NCBI GenBank assembly: GCA_965644295.1
Contig: CBFFRP010000400.1
Coordinates: 124,001 to 188,000, forward strand
DNA length: 64,000 bases
From: Paraphysomonas bandaiensis
Lineage: Eukaryota > Protista > Chrysophyceae
Direction of reading: 5' to 3'
Shown one piece after another: positions 24,796 through 38,763 of the stretch; position 1 is the stretch's first letter; each line of letters begins with the position of its first letter. The translations under genes and the position numbers were made by a program. Under the pieces are notes generated by a model. It saw only the letters and a program-made list of their open reading frames with translations, had not been told where the DNA came from and searched no databases.

Positions 24796-25562
24796 TATAG
24801 TAGGGTTTACGAACGATATATTGAATTGCAATGTGTTGTACAATTGTAAAATACATTGATTCGTGGTATGGTTATCATGTGATCTTAGTGAATAGTATTA
24901 AAAAAGTATGTGTTTAATTACTGATTAATAGTACTAATATATTGAAATAGTAGTGTTGGGCCGGTTTAAAAACTCCATTCAGTATTATTGTTGAGACGCT
25001 TTCTAATGATAGTATTGTAATAGATCGTTCCCTAGCCCTGACATATAGTATATATAATGCATAAAGTACAACTCAATATATCTGAAACTCAGGTTCGAGC
25101 AATGGCTAACACAGGAGACGGGATTCCATCACCATATTATGTCCTTGAATTCTCAAAAGGAATTTCTAAGGGCTGACCCTCCTGTCTCATATCTGAATTA
25201 TCTCTATACGATCAATATAACATACGTTCTCTCATCTCATTGATTCTTTAGATCTTATTCAACCCGTTTATTACCCTCACATTAGATATGGAATTACTGG
25301 AACACTGCTGTACTGTATATATCAATCATGGGATCTTTTGTATGTATTATCAGTCATCCTCTGAGTCTCTCTTACCAATATGGTACCAGATATAACAGTA
25401 ATATACATAGTCATGATACTGGAGCGTTCAGTTCATCAGCAGTGGAAGGTGATGATGAAACCTGAAGTTGTTTCACTCTATTGCTGCTGTATATCCTCCA
25501 TGACTGGAGGCTCCATGACTCTCTCTCTATATGTATATATATATATATATATATGAACTTAG

Positions 25563-25663
25563 TACACTGAGTTGAGTAATATTACTATAACACTTCTAAG
25601 TGTATTTAGAATAGAATCACAGGGATACAGAAGGGTTATAGTAATATTACTGAGCTTAGTGTA
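25563..25663. repeat. Small MITE-like fold-back
   Basis: Imperfect inverted repeats of about 30 bp: TACACTGAGTTGAGTAATATTACTATAAC and GTTATAGTAATATTACTGAGCTTAGTGTA. Confidence 0.55.
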
Positions 25664-25722
25664 TCATGTTTAATATGTATGTATATATAGAGCTCTGAGT
25701 GATAATGGAGACTATGAAGGAG

Positions 25723-26120
25723 TGTATGTATGTATGTATGTATGTATGTATGTATGTATGTATGTATGTATGTATGTATGTATGTATGTATGTATGTATG
25801 TATGTATGTATGTATGTATGTATGTATGTATGTATGTATGTATGTATGTATGTATGTATGTATGAGTGTATGTATGTATGTATGTATGTATGTATGTATG
25901 TATGTATGTATGTATGTATGTATGTATGTATGTATGTATGTATGTATGTATGTATGTATGTATGTATGTATGTATGTATGTATGTATGTATGTATGTATG
26001 TATGTATGTATGTATGTATGTATGTATGTATGTATGTATGTATGTATGTATGTATGTATGTATGTATGTATGTATGTATGTATGTATGTATGTATGTATG
26101 TATGTATGTATGTATGTATG
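25723..26120. repeat. (TATG)n microsatellite, ~400 bp
   Basis: Read directly; one interruption near 25865. Confidence 0.99.
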
Positions 26121-26488
26121 AAGATGAAGAGCTCGTATGTATTTATAGATGTACTCATGTACCCATGTACACTACACCATGATACTATACAGCAGTACAG
26201 TATACAAGCTCATCTATACACACTCTTATATCAGATCAGAGTACAGGTACACCAGTACAACAGTACAGCAGTGTGAAGGGCATAGGCACTGTATATATAC
26301 ATACATACTGTACATATACATACTCTATGGTACTGCTGTACTGATGTTACTGCAGATATGTACTGCTGTACAGAGCTAGATGGATGTATGTATATATCAA
26401 GGACATGCATGCAACTGTGCAACACAATCTCACTTATTAACCTACCCACACACAGTCTACTCCTCTGTCATATATAAGGTGCAATATC

Positions 26489-29480
26489 ATGTCATATCTC
26501 ATCATATGCCTCATTGCTATCATATATACAGTCCACTGCACTCATAACATATCATGTGATCTCAAACCGTTACATGATAATCATATCTCTGCAGATATAT
26601 ACATTACTACCAATACATGTTCCCTTCAATCATATATTACTACTCGTGAGATGTTCTCTATACCCAACACACAGGCATGGTCGTACTGTCAGTTCTGTGC
26701 ATGGAATACAGACTCGTTTGTTATATCTGGAGTGAAATATGAGGATATCACACGTATGCATCTGATGTGGTCTCAATGGGGAGAGTTCTTTCATTCCAAG
26801 GCTAATGATCGACTTATTGGAGTTCGTCATCTCAATGAAACTATGGTTTTGCCTATCGGGACATTATATATTGCAAGCCCCGTATTTTACTTTCCTATAA
26901 TCACTTTTCATGCCGGTCACATTATTATAGACGTCCTACAGCAGGTGTACTCATCAATGATTGCTACGTATGGCCGGGTAGTGAAGGGCTGTTTGTTTGT
27001 TGTTGATGTTGCCAATGCAGCAGAAATTGAAGTGTTACAACGTAAGCTGGACAGCTTAATTCATGACGAAGCCAATGATTCGTTTGGTGCTATGCTACGG
27101 TGGGTCACTGATGGCAGAGTATATTCTGCTGACACCTTTTTTGGCATGATGCGAGATAGATTAGTGGTGTTTGCCGATATTCATTTTGGTGGAGATATTT
27201 CTTCATCTTTTTTTAATGCAGGAATGCGTCGACATCCTCTTTTAGCAAATCTGGAGGATTCTTACACTCGCATGCTTTCCAATAAATATCAGGCCTTTCG
27301 GTCGTATGTGCATAATCAGGCGTTAGAATTGACTAGGAATTCAACAAGTGAAGTGTATTCCAATCGTGGTGGCATGGTCAATGCGCCTCCAGATATTATA
27401 TTTGTACAACGTAGTGGCTCTAGAGTCATTGTTAATATAGATGAACTCACTGCATTGGCTGATAATCTGAACCTTTCGTGGGTATCTTTAGATCTTGCGG
27501 TAGTACCTTTTTCTACTCAATTGCAATACTTTCAATCAGCTCGATTGCTTGTGGCATCTGCTGGTACTGCCACTCATAATATGCTATTTATGAATCCTGG
27601 AACTTTCGCCTTGGTCATCATGCAGCCCGAATGGTGTGATTGGTCATGGCAATATGCTAACCAGGGAATACTTCTCAATATGACGGTATTTGTACACTGT
27701 GAGAGTGGAGTTCATACCAATCAGTTATATCACTGGACAGCAAGGTATTGGGAGCAGGGACCACGTATGATGAAGCAGAGTAATGTGTCGATTGATATTG
27801 ACAGCTTTCATCGTATATTGTCTCGACTATATAAAGTTGATTCGTCAGATGTCAGTGCTTCTGATCATTCTCCTCAAATTTACTCGTTTGTTACTGCATC
27901 TACGGACAACGATGTATCTGTTCGACCATTTTCACCGATACGGAAACATATTTCTGGGCGGTTTATTCACACATGTATATCATACTTGAAATATGAGATG
28001 GTAGAGCTTGCTGATCGTACATCGGCTTGGAAAGTTTACGTGAATGGAGAAGTTTTTACAGAGCATTCATCACCAGTTACTATATTTCAATACTTTCCTC
28101 ATTTTACCGTATGTCTTGCCATATACACAACTTCTGATGAAGACCCATCAGTAGTGTGTATTCCTATAAGTACCTTAAACTACTACTCTAATGTTATAGT
28201 CACGTCACTTCAAGATGTCATTCGTGTACACAGTTGGGCGCAGTCCTCTTCTCATGGTGGCAAATTTGATCAGTCAGATTCATATATTGCTGTTGATTTT
28301 CGTCTTTCGTCAGATTATTTGGAGAAGTTGACCTTCGGAAATTACAGTTGCCCGATTCATCTGTCCGAAGAGTTGTCTTTCAACCATTTCCATTACAGCG
28401 TTACTGCTTTGACCGGTAGATGCGAATTGCAAACAAGAGTGTGCGATTTCTGTCAAAAATACAACTTGGGTTCGGAATCTTGTCTGAATGTAGCAACGCA
28501 GATTTCACGATGCCTCTATACCGCTAGTGTTTTACAGGAATCAGGACTGCCTGGTGTTCGCCCTCTTCCTTCTCCTCAGAACCCTTTCGTGTTCCTACAT
28601 ATTGACAAAACTGGTGGAACTACACTTCGGGAGTAAGTAGACATTGATAGTTATAATGTTTCAGTAACGGACATTGCGCAGTTTTATATACGAGTCCGCT
28701 GTACACAATGGCCTGGAGTTTTTTATCCCTACATATGGTGAAGTAGAAAATACTGTATTTGACCTCCCTAAAGACGATTCGCGCTTGGAATTGTACAATG
28801 TCTCTGTATTAGCAGGGCATTTTGCTTGGGATATCTGGCGAGATTTGCCAAGTTTTGATCCAGATTATTCAGTGGTATCCAACCCACAATGTTTTATTAT
28901 GGGAAGGAATCCAATCGACCGCATCATTTCGTATTATTATCAACGGTGCTATCGCGAAGAGGCATGTCGACATTACAAGACGAAGTTTAATGATTTATCT
29001 GTGGACGAATTAAGTGACTTATTGCATCATTTCCGACAAGGCTTATTGATGAAAGATGGGCGAACTGTTGTTGTTGTTGATGAAGGAATGGAGGACGCTG
29101 CTTGTAGAACTCTTCTTAACAAAAGAACTACAACAGGTCAAATAATTACTGAGAATTTTGAGCTCCCGTTCCCCCTTGAAGATGAGGATTCCGAACGAGC
29201 AGTGCAAAATTGTAATAAATGCGTTGTTGGGTTGCAAGAAGACTGGACTAATACTAAATATGTCCTGCGGTTTTGGTTTCCTTGGATTACCATCACTGAA
29301 GACAAATATAAAATGAAATTATTTAGTGACAAAGAAAATTCCGAGACGGTCCGTAGTGAGCTAAAAGCTGTGATAATAGATGCCAATAAATGCGATATGA
29401 AGCTGTACGAACGAATGCAAGAAAATTTCAGGTTACAGCTGGAGGCAATGCGACACAGTGCGAGTGCGTTTATAAATTAG
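26489..29480 (+). CDS. Secretory-pathway GT61/DUF563-like glycosyltransferase fused to a sulfotransferase domain (2 exons)
   Basis: Hydrophobic N-terminus and GT61-like motifs (FHAGH, QRSGSRVIVN, GTATHNMLFM). Intron 28633-28681 (GTAAGT..GCAG) joins HIDKTGGTTLRD-FIYES, a PAPS 5'-PSB-like motif; RNPIDRIISYYY is 3'-PB-like. Confidence 0.8.
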
Positions 29481-31014
29481 ATTGTTTGCTTCGTTATTGT
29501 ATATTATTTTAAACTAAATTAAAACGTTGTGTACATCGCTTTTTTGTAATATTTTCAAAATAAGTTGAAGGAGCTAATTACATATTAAGTGTTCTTCTAT
29601 AGAAGAAATGAAAATAATAATAACGTTTCACGACAAAGAATGGATCAATGTTATGCACGGTCATTGACTCCTTTTCCATGTTAATTTCTTCAAGGGTATG
29701 AAGGTGAATAAGTATGACGAGTACGATAGTAATTCTTGGGGCATGCGGTGAACCATATATTCTTAATTCATACTGTTGTTGTATCTTCAATGAGACACCC
29801 GTTGTATCCGTATACGTTATGCCATGTAAACATGAATATAGTTTCATAAAAATGGCGCGTATGGTAATGAAACACCATCAGATTATTATATAAAATTTAT
29901 ACAATAAAATAAAATTACACACACACGCGAGTGACTTGCGATCGTTTAGTTCAGCTCAATCATATACTATTCCGTATAACATTGTGAACATCTGTTTAAC
30001 ATCCTATCTGTATTATTCTCTGTGTAGTGATGGTTTACGTTTACTGTAAAAGATTCGCTATATATATTACGAAGTTTATCAGAATGTTGGGACCCAAGTC
30101 ATTATAGGACACACGAGAAGATTAGCCGTGTCGGCGGAGTCCTAGAGTAGTATGCTGATCTCAACCGTCCTAGTGACGATGCACTGTCTAGGCTCCTCGA
30201 CTACAGAGATATCATTGTGACATTCACTTTATCAATTCGAAACAGAAACCAAAACCCTTACCTTTTGTCGGCCTCATGACCGAGAACAGTACACGCTCTT
30301 GCCTAGTATCCTGGAAACATTTACCCGCATGGCACTCCAAAGTAATAGAGACCAGGTCAGAGTCAGATCTTAAGTGACATTGATGTATGGTAACATCTAC
30401 ACTTGTATGGATCCTTGTACGTGCATAAAGTGTTGTATGGAAACTGCATCTGTGTATTGTGTACGCATATATTCAATTAACTTTATTGCTTAATGTGCTA
30501 TACAGTCTTATTTTGAATGTATCTTGGTCTCTCTAATGTGTGATTAGTCATAGCAATAGTTATACATCTAGTTATAGAATGGACAACAATTGGACACAAG
30601 GATTGCTATTCACATATATGGATGTAGAGCAACATAGCATACATATACAGCAACTCTGGATACAAGTATTTAGCAGAATGTTGTTTTATCTGCTGGAAAA
30701 ACCTATTTTTGACACCTTGATTTGTCAAAATCGTAATTTTTAACTGAAAATTCAATCCATTTTTCCCGTTTTATTCTATATATCCCGATATACTGCATAT
30801 GTAGTGTACTGTGCTGTACATATAGGAAATTGTTATATACAGCAGTATACAGCAGCAGTATATCAAGCCAAGTGTAGTGTGATGCATATACATACATATA
30901 CATGCAGAGTGTGGTGTTGTTGTGTTATCAACATTGATAGTATCTATACATCTACATACAGCAGAATTCAATAGACCACAATCAATACTATTACCACCTA
31001 CATATACACACCTA

Positions 31015-32588
31015 ATGAAATCTATATATAACAAGCTCCTCTATCCACTGTATGCCATATGTGGTTTAGGCATATGTTGGTATGCTGGTTTTTTAAGAGG
31101 ACAACCAAAAAACAAAAAATGGATAAAATCTCCAGTTTTTTTACTATCGATACGTTTATATATATACTCACTAATATATTTACCAATCCAAAAATATTCC
31201 CCATGTTTATCATATATGAGTTTATTATATCTATTATCTTATATAGATCTATCTGAATATACAGGAGGTAGAGAGAGAGATTGGTTAAGGAAAGGGAAAA
31301 TCATCAAATCAATGAAGAAATATTTTGCAACTGAATTAGTATCTACTACTGAGATATCAACTGGACCCTGTATACTAGCTATGCATGTATGTGTATCTAC
31401 TGGACCCTGTATACTAGCTATGCATGTATGTGTATCTACTGGACCCTGTATACTAGCTATGCATGTATGTGTATCTACTGGACCCTGTATACTAGCTATG
31501 CATGTATGTGTATCTGCTGGACCCTGTATACTAGCTATGCATGTATGTGTATCTACTGGACCTTGTATACTAGCTATGCATGTATGTGTATCTACTGGAC
31601 CCTGTATACTAGCTATGCATGTATGTGTATCTGCTGGACCCTGTATACTAGCTATGCATGTATGTGTATCTGCTGGACCCTGTATACTAGTCATGCATAA
31701 ATATATATGTATATTAGCTATATATGTATGATAATATATTATATATTTTATTTTAATTTATACTTTTTTTGAATGCAGCCTCATGGAGTTCTTCCTCTAG
31801 GATCTCTAATAAACATTGCAACTGAAGCCTCAGACTTCAGTAATCGATTCCCAGCACTCGCTAATCGAGCTACAATTGCTGCTACCGGTACATGTGGTCT
31901 CGTATTGTGTTTGAATTCTATAGAAATCTTTATTGTGTATTATATATTCTCGTGAGTAACGAAGAATCACAGGGTGCTTCCTGATTCCTTTCTATCGTGA
32001 TCTCATTCTTGCTGGGGGTGTGGTAGATTGCTCTCGATTCAGTGTTGAACAGATGATTCAAAATAAAAAAACGGTATGCGTATATCCCGGAGGGACTCAG
32101 GAGGCACTCTACGCCAATCCAGACACTGAAACCCTCGATCTATTGCGCAAGAGGGGCTTCTTAGAGTTATGTATGAAATATGACATACCTGTGGTTCCGT
32201 GCTATACATTCAATGAGGTTGATCACTTTTCACAGGTATCTTTTATTAGGAATAATGCGATGATATCAGAGTAATGGATACATAGGTCCCCTATGCTGAC
32301 TTGCAGAAAAAACACCCCATGATAATGCGATTCCGCGTCAACTTTCAACTGTTGACAGGTGTGATGATGCCTTTTCTAAAACATTTATTTCCTAGGACAC
32401 CGAGAAGCAGTGGTAATAAACTGGTTACTGTTGTCGGAAGTCCCTTAAAACTGAGGCACGTCGAAAATCCGAGCGAAGCTGATTTGGATCAGAGCATGCA
32501 GGAATATATAGCTGCATTACGGAAGTTGTACGATACGTATGCCCCAATATACAGCAGTAATAAGTCAAGAAAGCTGATAATTGTATAA
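31015..32588 (+). CDS. DGAT2: DGAT2/MOGAT-family acyltransferase (4 exons)
   Basis: Exons ~31015-31386, 31779-31887, 31973-32235 and 32286-32588. Splicing forms HPHG; PGGTQEAL, RKRGF and VVPCYTFNE motifs follow. Start codon uncertain. Confidence 0.85.
31360..31698 (+). repeat. 39-bp minisatellite, 8 full units plus 1 partial, spanning an exon-intron junction
   Basis: Unit RCTGGACCCTGTATACTAGCTATGCATGTATGTGTATCT. Confidence 0.97.
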
Positions 32589-33138
32589 CGTTTTGTACGC
32601 TATTACTTATATATGTTTCGTGTGGTGTGATTTCATGCCTTTGCTATGCCGTGTCTAGGTTTTACCATTGTAATACATTTATTGGTGAAGCTGATACTGT
32701 GATGACTGTATAAGATCGTGACCGTTTAAGATTATAATTTCCTGGTTGGCTGAAGTTAGGTTTTATAAATGCAGTCAGTTTCAAGTTTCAATGAATGATA
32801 TGAAATCTTTGTCACAATTTTATATGAAATCAAGAGGAGTTGGTCAGTGAAGTGTAATAAAGCATAAATACGTACGCTATTGGTAAGTGTTACCAAACTA
32901 CCACAATTATTATTTAGAATAGATAACTTGGCTGAACGCGTAAAGAGACCTTTACCACGGCAAACCTCTCATTCAGTATCCTGTCGCTTTTCACATAAAC
33001 ACATGAATAAGAAATCAGGTGTATAAAACAGTGTGTAAATGTAAATATCCACAGTATACTCGTGCTACAAATCTATAAAATCCCACTCTATTGGACATAT
33101 ATTGGCGAGTTCAACAAAATCAAAATCACAAACAATAT

Positions 33139-35077
33139 TTAAGTATCATCTGATATCTCCTCCGTAGTGAGTTCGACAATTGTTCCTTTTAACTTTTCAT
33201 ACTGAACTGCAGCTTTCATACAGTTCTGCGACATATTTCCTAATAACATTATTAACACTATACCAAAAAAATAAAAGAACGGAGTTACCATTTACAGTTG
33301 CCAATCGTTGGTAGTATGTCGGCCCAAGGAGCATGTTTTTGTACTGAAGATACAATTGTTACCATGGTATGAACATGGAATGGCATGCTCAGAACTTACT
33401 TCTTCGAATGTAATAATTTTCATGTTTATTTCGCGAAACATCTCCTCTACATCTGACTTATTTGCTTCACATCCCAACAGACATTGAAGTGAATCGGGAG
33501 TAATGAAGTCAGAATACCGTGATAGGACCATGAACGCGGCACGAAGACAATTAGATGGTATAATATCCACTCTTATAGAAAGTGCAGCAAACTCTCTGAA
33601 GCTAAATGACGATTTAGAAAGCTTTTGTAATTCCTCGAGAGCAGACTGAAGCACAGTATCCTCAACAAAATGCATTCTTTGAAACTCCCTCTGAATATCC
33701 TGCATATGAACTTGCCCTCTATGGCCTGCATCTAATCGATCAAACAGTTCACGGCTACCGCTCAGTTGTTCAGGAGAGAGGACGTAGACCAAAGTCCGCA
33801 AAAATATCTGAGTAATAACTTTTCTTTGGCCATAGTTCCCAACGTTATGTACAAACTCAACCCACAATTCGTCAGCAAGGGTTTTTTCCTGATATTCAGA
33901 AAGCCATGGATGGTCTGATAACCCTTCCGCGCTCGGTCGGCTATCTGGCGATCGCTGTAAACATGCTGATATAAAGGCCATGGCTTGTTCACTTACGCCA
34001 TCAAAATACTCCACAGGAAAGTTGAAATCGCACTGTAATATAGCCTGGATAGCTTGTGCATCAGTGGAACGTTGGAAAGGTCGTGCTCCTGCTAATAGAG
34101 TGTATGCCATGACACCCAGGGCCCATACGTCGCTGTGAAATGTGGCTCTTCCACCAGACAGAAGCTCTGGCGAAGCGTAGTGAACACTTCCTTTCCGTGC
34201 ACGTCCTGCAGATTCGTCGCTAACAAACCGACACAGTCCAAAATCAATCAACACAAGTCCAGCATTTCGTTTAAGAGATTCGTACAAGACATTCTCGAGT
34301 TTCAAATCTCCATGTGCGATCCCATGTGAATGCGTATATGCCACTGCTCCAGTAAGTGTGGCCATCACACGACGGACGAAGCTCTCACTATACTTTCGGC
34401 CGACTTCGCACTGAGTCTTAAGGTCTTCGAACAACTCTCCTGCGATTAAAAAGATTAACAATCCGCTAATGACACTATATTCAAATACTGCCGTTCAGAT
34501 TAGCACTAAGCAGTACGGAAATATATACGGACACCACATGCATCTATACTATCATTTTCACATCTCATGCGCCTTACCTCCCTCACAAATAGGAAAGACT
34601 ATATATATTGCATCATAACACTCGTATACTTCATACGGGCGTAAGATTGCAGGATGGTCCAGAAGTAGTGCGGCCCTAACTTCACACCGAAGCACATCGA
34701 TATCCACGTCTGACCACACACCAGTCTTCTTCACAGATTTCAATGCATACTCCACACCAGTCTATTAAACACACAAACATATCACTATAATATAATTACA
34801 ATCATAACAATCTACCTGACGATTGGTACACATTACAATATCTCCCGTAGCACCATGACCCAAAACACATTCTTGATGTATATCATATGATTGATTAATA
34901 TCTACAATACATATATTATCATATGACAATATACATACTTATATATATACATTTTTCATATTCTTTTAATACAGAATTTTCTCGTAATCGACGTTTACAT
35001 TGAAGTTGAAGTTCTTTATACTTCAAATATCTTCCATCATATGCAGTTAGTTTAGATTTACATAAATTAGCCCCCAT
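33139..35077 (-). CDS. CDPK/CAMK-like Ser/Thr kinase with degenerate EF-hand region, multi-exon
   Basis: MGANLC start; LGHGATG, YALK, HGDLKLEN, DFG, YASPE and DVWALG motifs; FDRLDAGHRGQV is EF-hand-like. Terminal exons inferred. Confidence 0.85.
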
Positions 35078-35690
35078 ATTTGATAAATAGTATGTTTATA
35101 TGATGATAAGCGGGTGGTAAGGTGGGTGAGAGCTATAGAAGGATATATAGGACATAATTATATATATAGAGGGTATTATGAATGTTTAATGGGTTTAGAT
35201 ACTAGAGATTAGTATGGGAATGGATTGTTTATGAGCATATGATAGATGGTTATGTAATGATCAAGCTATTAGGTGTGGTTTGTAATGTATGAGTATGATC
35301 AGTGCTTATCTATCTATGCATATGTACTTGTATATATCGCTATACAACAGTACATATATATGGTATATAATACAACAGTATGTACAGTTGGATGTGTACT
35401 GATGTACTGCTGTACTTGCACTTGAATTTGGAGTTGATGGCTATGCAGTGAATTATGATGCACGTGGTGCGTATGAAAATATCATAGAAATTCTTATACA
35501 TAGACAGTTTCATATATAACGTACTGTAGTACTTATCTACCTTCTCTGTACGTACCCTACCCACATATACTAGAACTTCATATCGAATATGTACTCATTT
35601 ACATCCTTCTCTGTATCGAAGTACACTTACACCATTCCTCATATCTAAACCACATACTACAACAGTGGCTGTCGCTACGAAGATATGTAT

Positions 35691-35828
35691 ATTGGCATCC
35701 TTTGTATATTTTTGTTCAAAGATGCCTCTAATATTGAGACAATAATTATCTGTATACCAGCCGTAGTTGTATTGAAGTAATATAGAATATTTTTGCTTCA
35801 ATTTATTTCCGAAAACATATGATGCGAT
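35691..35828 (+). mobile_element. ~140-bp MITE-like repeat, copy 1
   Basis: Core GATGCCTCTAATATTGAG...CCGTAGTTG...TTTCCGAAAA is shared with three other loci. Confidence 0.7.
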
Positions 35829-36140
35829 CATGGGATGATCATCCATCATATCCACATACATCTACCTCATATTACAATCCATACATATAATCTAGATATC
35901 ATACTTACATTCATAAGCCTTCTATTATCAATTAATTCTATTAAATAATGACTGATTATTCTTATATTATTTGTCAAATGTGTCAATATATGACATATTT
36001 CACGAATAATTATATATATATACCACTACCAGACGATCATTACAATACATCCCTCATATACCCCTTATAGACCTCTCATACATCTCTAATTGAATCATAA
36101 TATCCCTCATATATCCCTGATATATCCCTGATATTATCAC

Positions 36141-37545
36141 ATGATACATTTTACTCTATTTACATTCATGATCTATACATTATCCTCGACATGTCTGTGT
36201 ATGTATGGGGTTGATGTATCTTATCCCATTCACCACAGCTTTCAGGATATTGAAATGAAAAGTAATTCTATTGCAGTAAGAAAGAATTTATTCTGTTAGT
36301 TTATTTTATGTATATGATGATGTTTTAGGTTCAGAGATATCGTGATATGATACAAGGGTGTTATGATCGATACTCTGTTGCACATTGTGAGGCTGGAGAG
36401 AAAGATCGAATAGAAATGAATCTCATACAGCCTGGAGCACAGAAAAACTTTACATCTCTTGGATTTGGAAAATCTCGTGTGCCCCTTAAATTAATGAAAG
36501 ATATCAAGGAAACTTATACTCGCGGCACGAAAATCATGGAGCAATGGGAGAAGGCCAGCATATATACCAACCACTGGAGTCATCCATCTCACATTGTACA
36601 TCTCAACACGACAATGGAACATCGTATTGCTGAAGGGGTGCGACCCATTCTTGAAGCATGGATAGGTCGCTCTCTGTCATTGACGTCGGTGTATGGGATT
36701 CGCGTTTATTCTCATGGGTCGATCTTAGCCCCTCACGTCGATCGCTTGCCTCTCATCACAAGCTGCATCATCAATGTAGACCAAGACGTACATGAGCCAT
36801 GGGCTTTAGAAGTTTATGACCACTTTGGGATAGCGCATAATATTACTATAGAACCTGGTGAAATGATTCTATATGAGGTATGTGAGTTAATCTACTCCTA
36901 AATACATAACAATCGGCAGAGTCACAGTGTTATTCATGGGCGCCCAGTGCCCCTGAATGGTTCTTTGTATGCAAATGTATTTGTTCATTTTTTTCCGGTG
37001 GATTATGAACCGGCTGAACACTTGGAGGATGATAGATTCAATTTTCATCCGGTAGATACAGAAGATCTACAGAGCAATGACGATGAAGGTAGTAACATTC
37101 TTTACTATATACTTTTCAACTGAAGTAAGAGCATATTGCTTTGTATATTTACAGACGACTTTAATACGCTTGCAATTCATACTGCGGCAGCACAAGGGAA
37201 ATTATCAACGCTTCGTAAACTTCTTGAAATTCCTGGATCTCTTGACTTACTGGAGGAGAGAGATGAAAATGGATGGCAGCCACTACATGAAGGTGTGAGA
37301 TCAGGGATGGTCGACGTAGTGCAGTATCTCGTAAATCAAGGTATATAGTCATTCTCGATCGTGTCAAAATTTGCTCTATCACTTTGAAGTTATTATTTGT
37401 ACATTCAGGAGCAGATATCGGGAGCACGACGTATGGGGGAGGGTCTCCTCTCTGGTGGGCTAAGCAGTTACTTCACGAAAGTAGCAGTGTAATCTCTTTT
37501 CTGAACAGTATAGGAGCACCAGACACAACTGACGAAGAACTTTAA
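36141..37545 (+). CDS. Secretory 2OG-Fe(II) oxygenase (P4H-like) with C-terminal ankyrin repeats, multi-exon
   Basis: Signal-like N-terminus; LAPHVDR (HxD), HGRP after splicing, ankyrin DENGWQPLHEG; ends DEEL (ER-retention-like). Confidence 0.8.
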
Positions 37546-38225
37546 AGAGTGATTCTACGGCGTACTAATGCTTATATATTTCTTTTTTTCCGCCTTTGTT
37601 TCATGATTACGTAGAAATATATTCATCATTATATTTTATTTGCTTAGTGACTTACAGTCTGGCATTGCTGCCATATGGCAATATTGTTGTAGGGGAGATA
37701 TTCATTATCGCAGTGTTGCAGTTTTCTATCCACATAATAATACATTCTGCATACGTTCCATGCATTTTAAATACCTATGTACAGTAGTTTTCAGAGTGCT
37801 GAAAGAGTAATCTACTAAAACAAGGAATGAGTTGCCCGGTTAGAATAACATAAAAAATACTTTTAATATATTCTTACTGCGTGATATATTTCGCCTTCCT
37901 ACTGATTTTGTGTTTAAAATCATTTCATTCTTAAAGACACGCTTAAGGACTTCTGCTTTGTGCATCTACACGCATTTCATCAAAAACGAAAGGCCCATAT
38001 TATGATATACCGCGTGCCTTCTGTTATGATGGGATAGTTATAAAGTGTAGTATTGTTCAGGAAACTCTTCGACTGTATATTTCATTTCTCTGAGCTTGGA
38101 TTCTAATGTGTCACAAACAGAATACTGTGTGCAGAAATGACACTCAATCGTAGCAATCTTAAAGCAATAATATCTGCTATCAAACTATCTCTAATAGTCT
38201 CAGTAATACTACTATAGCTGCTCTG

Positions 38226-38355
38226 GGAGAACAGGCGTGTCTTGTCACATGAATACATGAATACTGTTACGCTACGTCTAAGCCTACTGGAGTGTACTTA
38301 ATATCGTTTGACACGCATCATTAAGTATTCGAGTGTCAAGACACAGCTGTTCTCC
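38226..38355. repeat. Short imperfect inverted repeat
   Basis: GGAGAACAGGCGTGTCTTGTCAC versus GTGTCAAGACACAGCTGTTCTCC. Confidence 0.5.
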
Positions 38356-38763
38356 CTAAACAAGCATATTATTGCTGTTTTGAGAGGGACTTGTTGAACC
38401 GTTAAGTTGCATTTGTACTGTACTGTACTGTATGTTCACACTGTTGCTGGACATTGCTGTCCTGATAGTATGAAAGGATGGTATAGTGCTGTTGTGCTGC
38501 ATACACAGCAATAGATGGATATCAATTGTTGATAGATATCTGGATATGCATTGTTGTGTGGTGTATCCAGCAATGGATGGGAATGAACTGTTGATACTTT
38601 ATAGATATGGATATCTAGATATGCACATTCATGGATATCTACAGTATTTATACATGTACATGGATTTCTACATAAATTGTGGATTTTATGCACAAACTGG
38701 GGGTTTATTCTATTTATGCCAAAAGGCTCGTAATACATCAACGTATTACGTATACATCGGCAG

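Noticed and set aside
25699-26276. YVCM/IHTY-repeat ORFs (also 50024-50530 and 52673-53589)
   Set aside because: These are stop-free translations of (TATG)n/(TACA)n microsatellites, not genes.
31360-31698. 39-bp array as a CRISPR-like locus
   Set aside because: The units are contiguous with no unique spacers, and the context is eukaryotic with no cas genes.
30922-31731. 269-aa single-exon ORF as a complete gene
   Set aside because: It is DGAT2 exon 1 read through into the repeat-filled intron.
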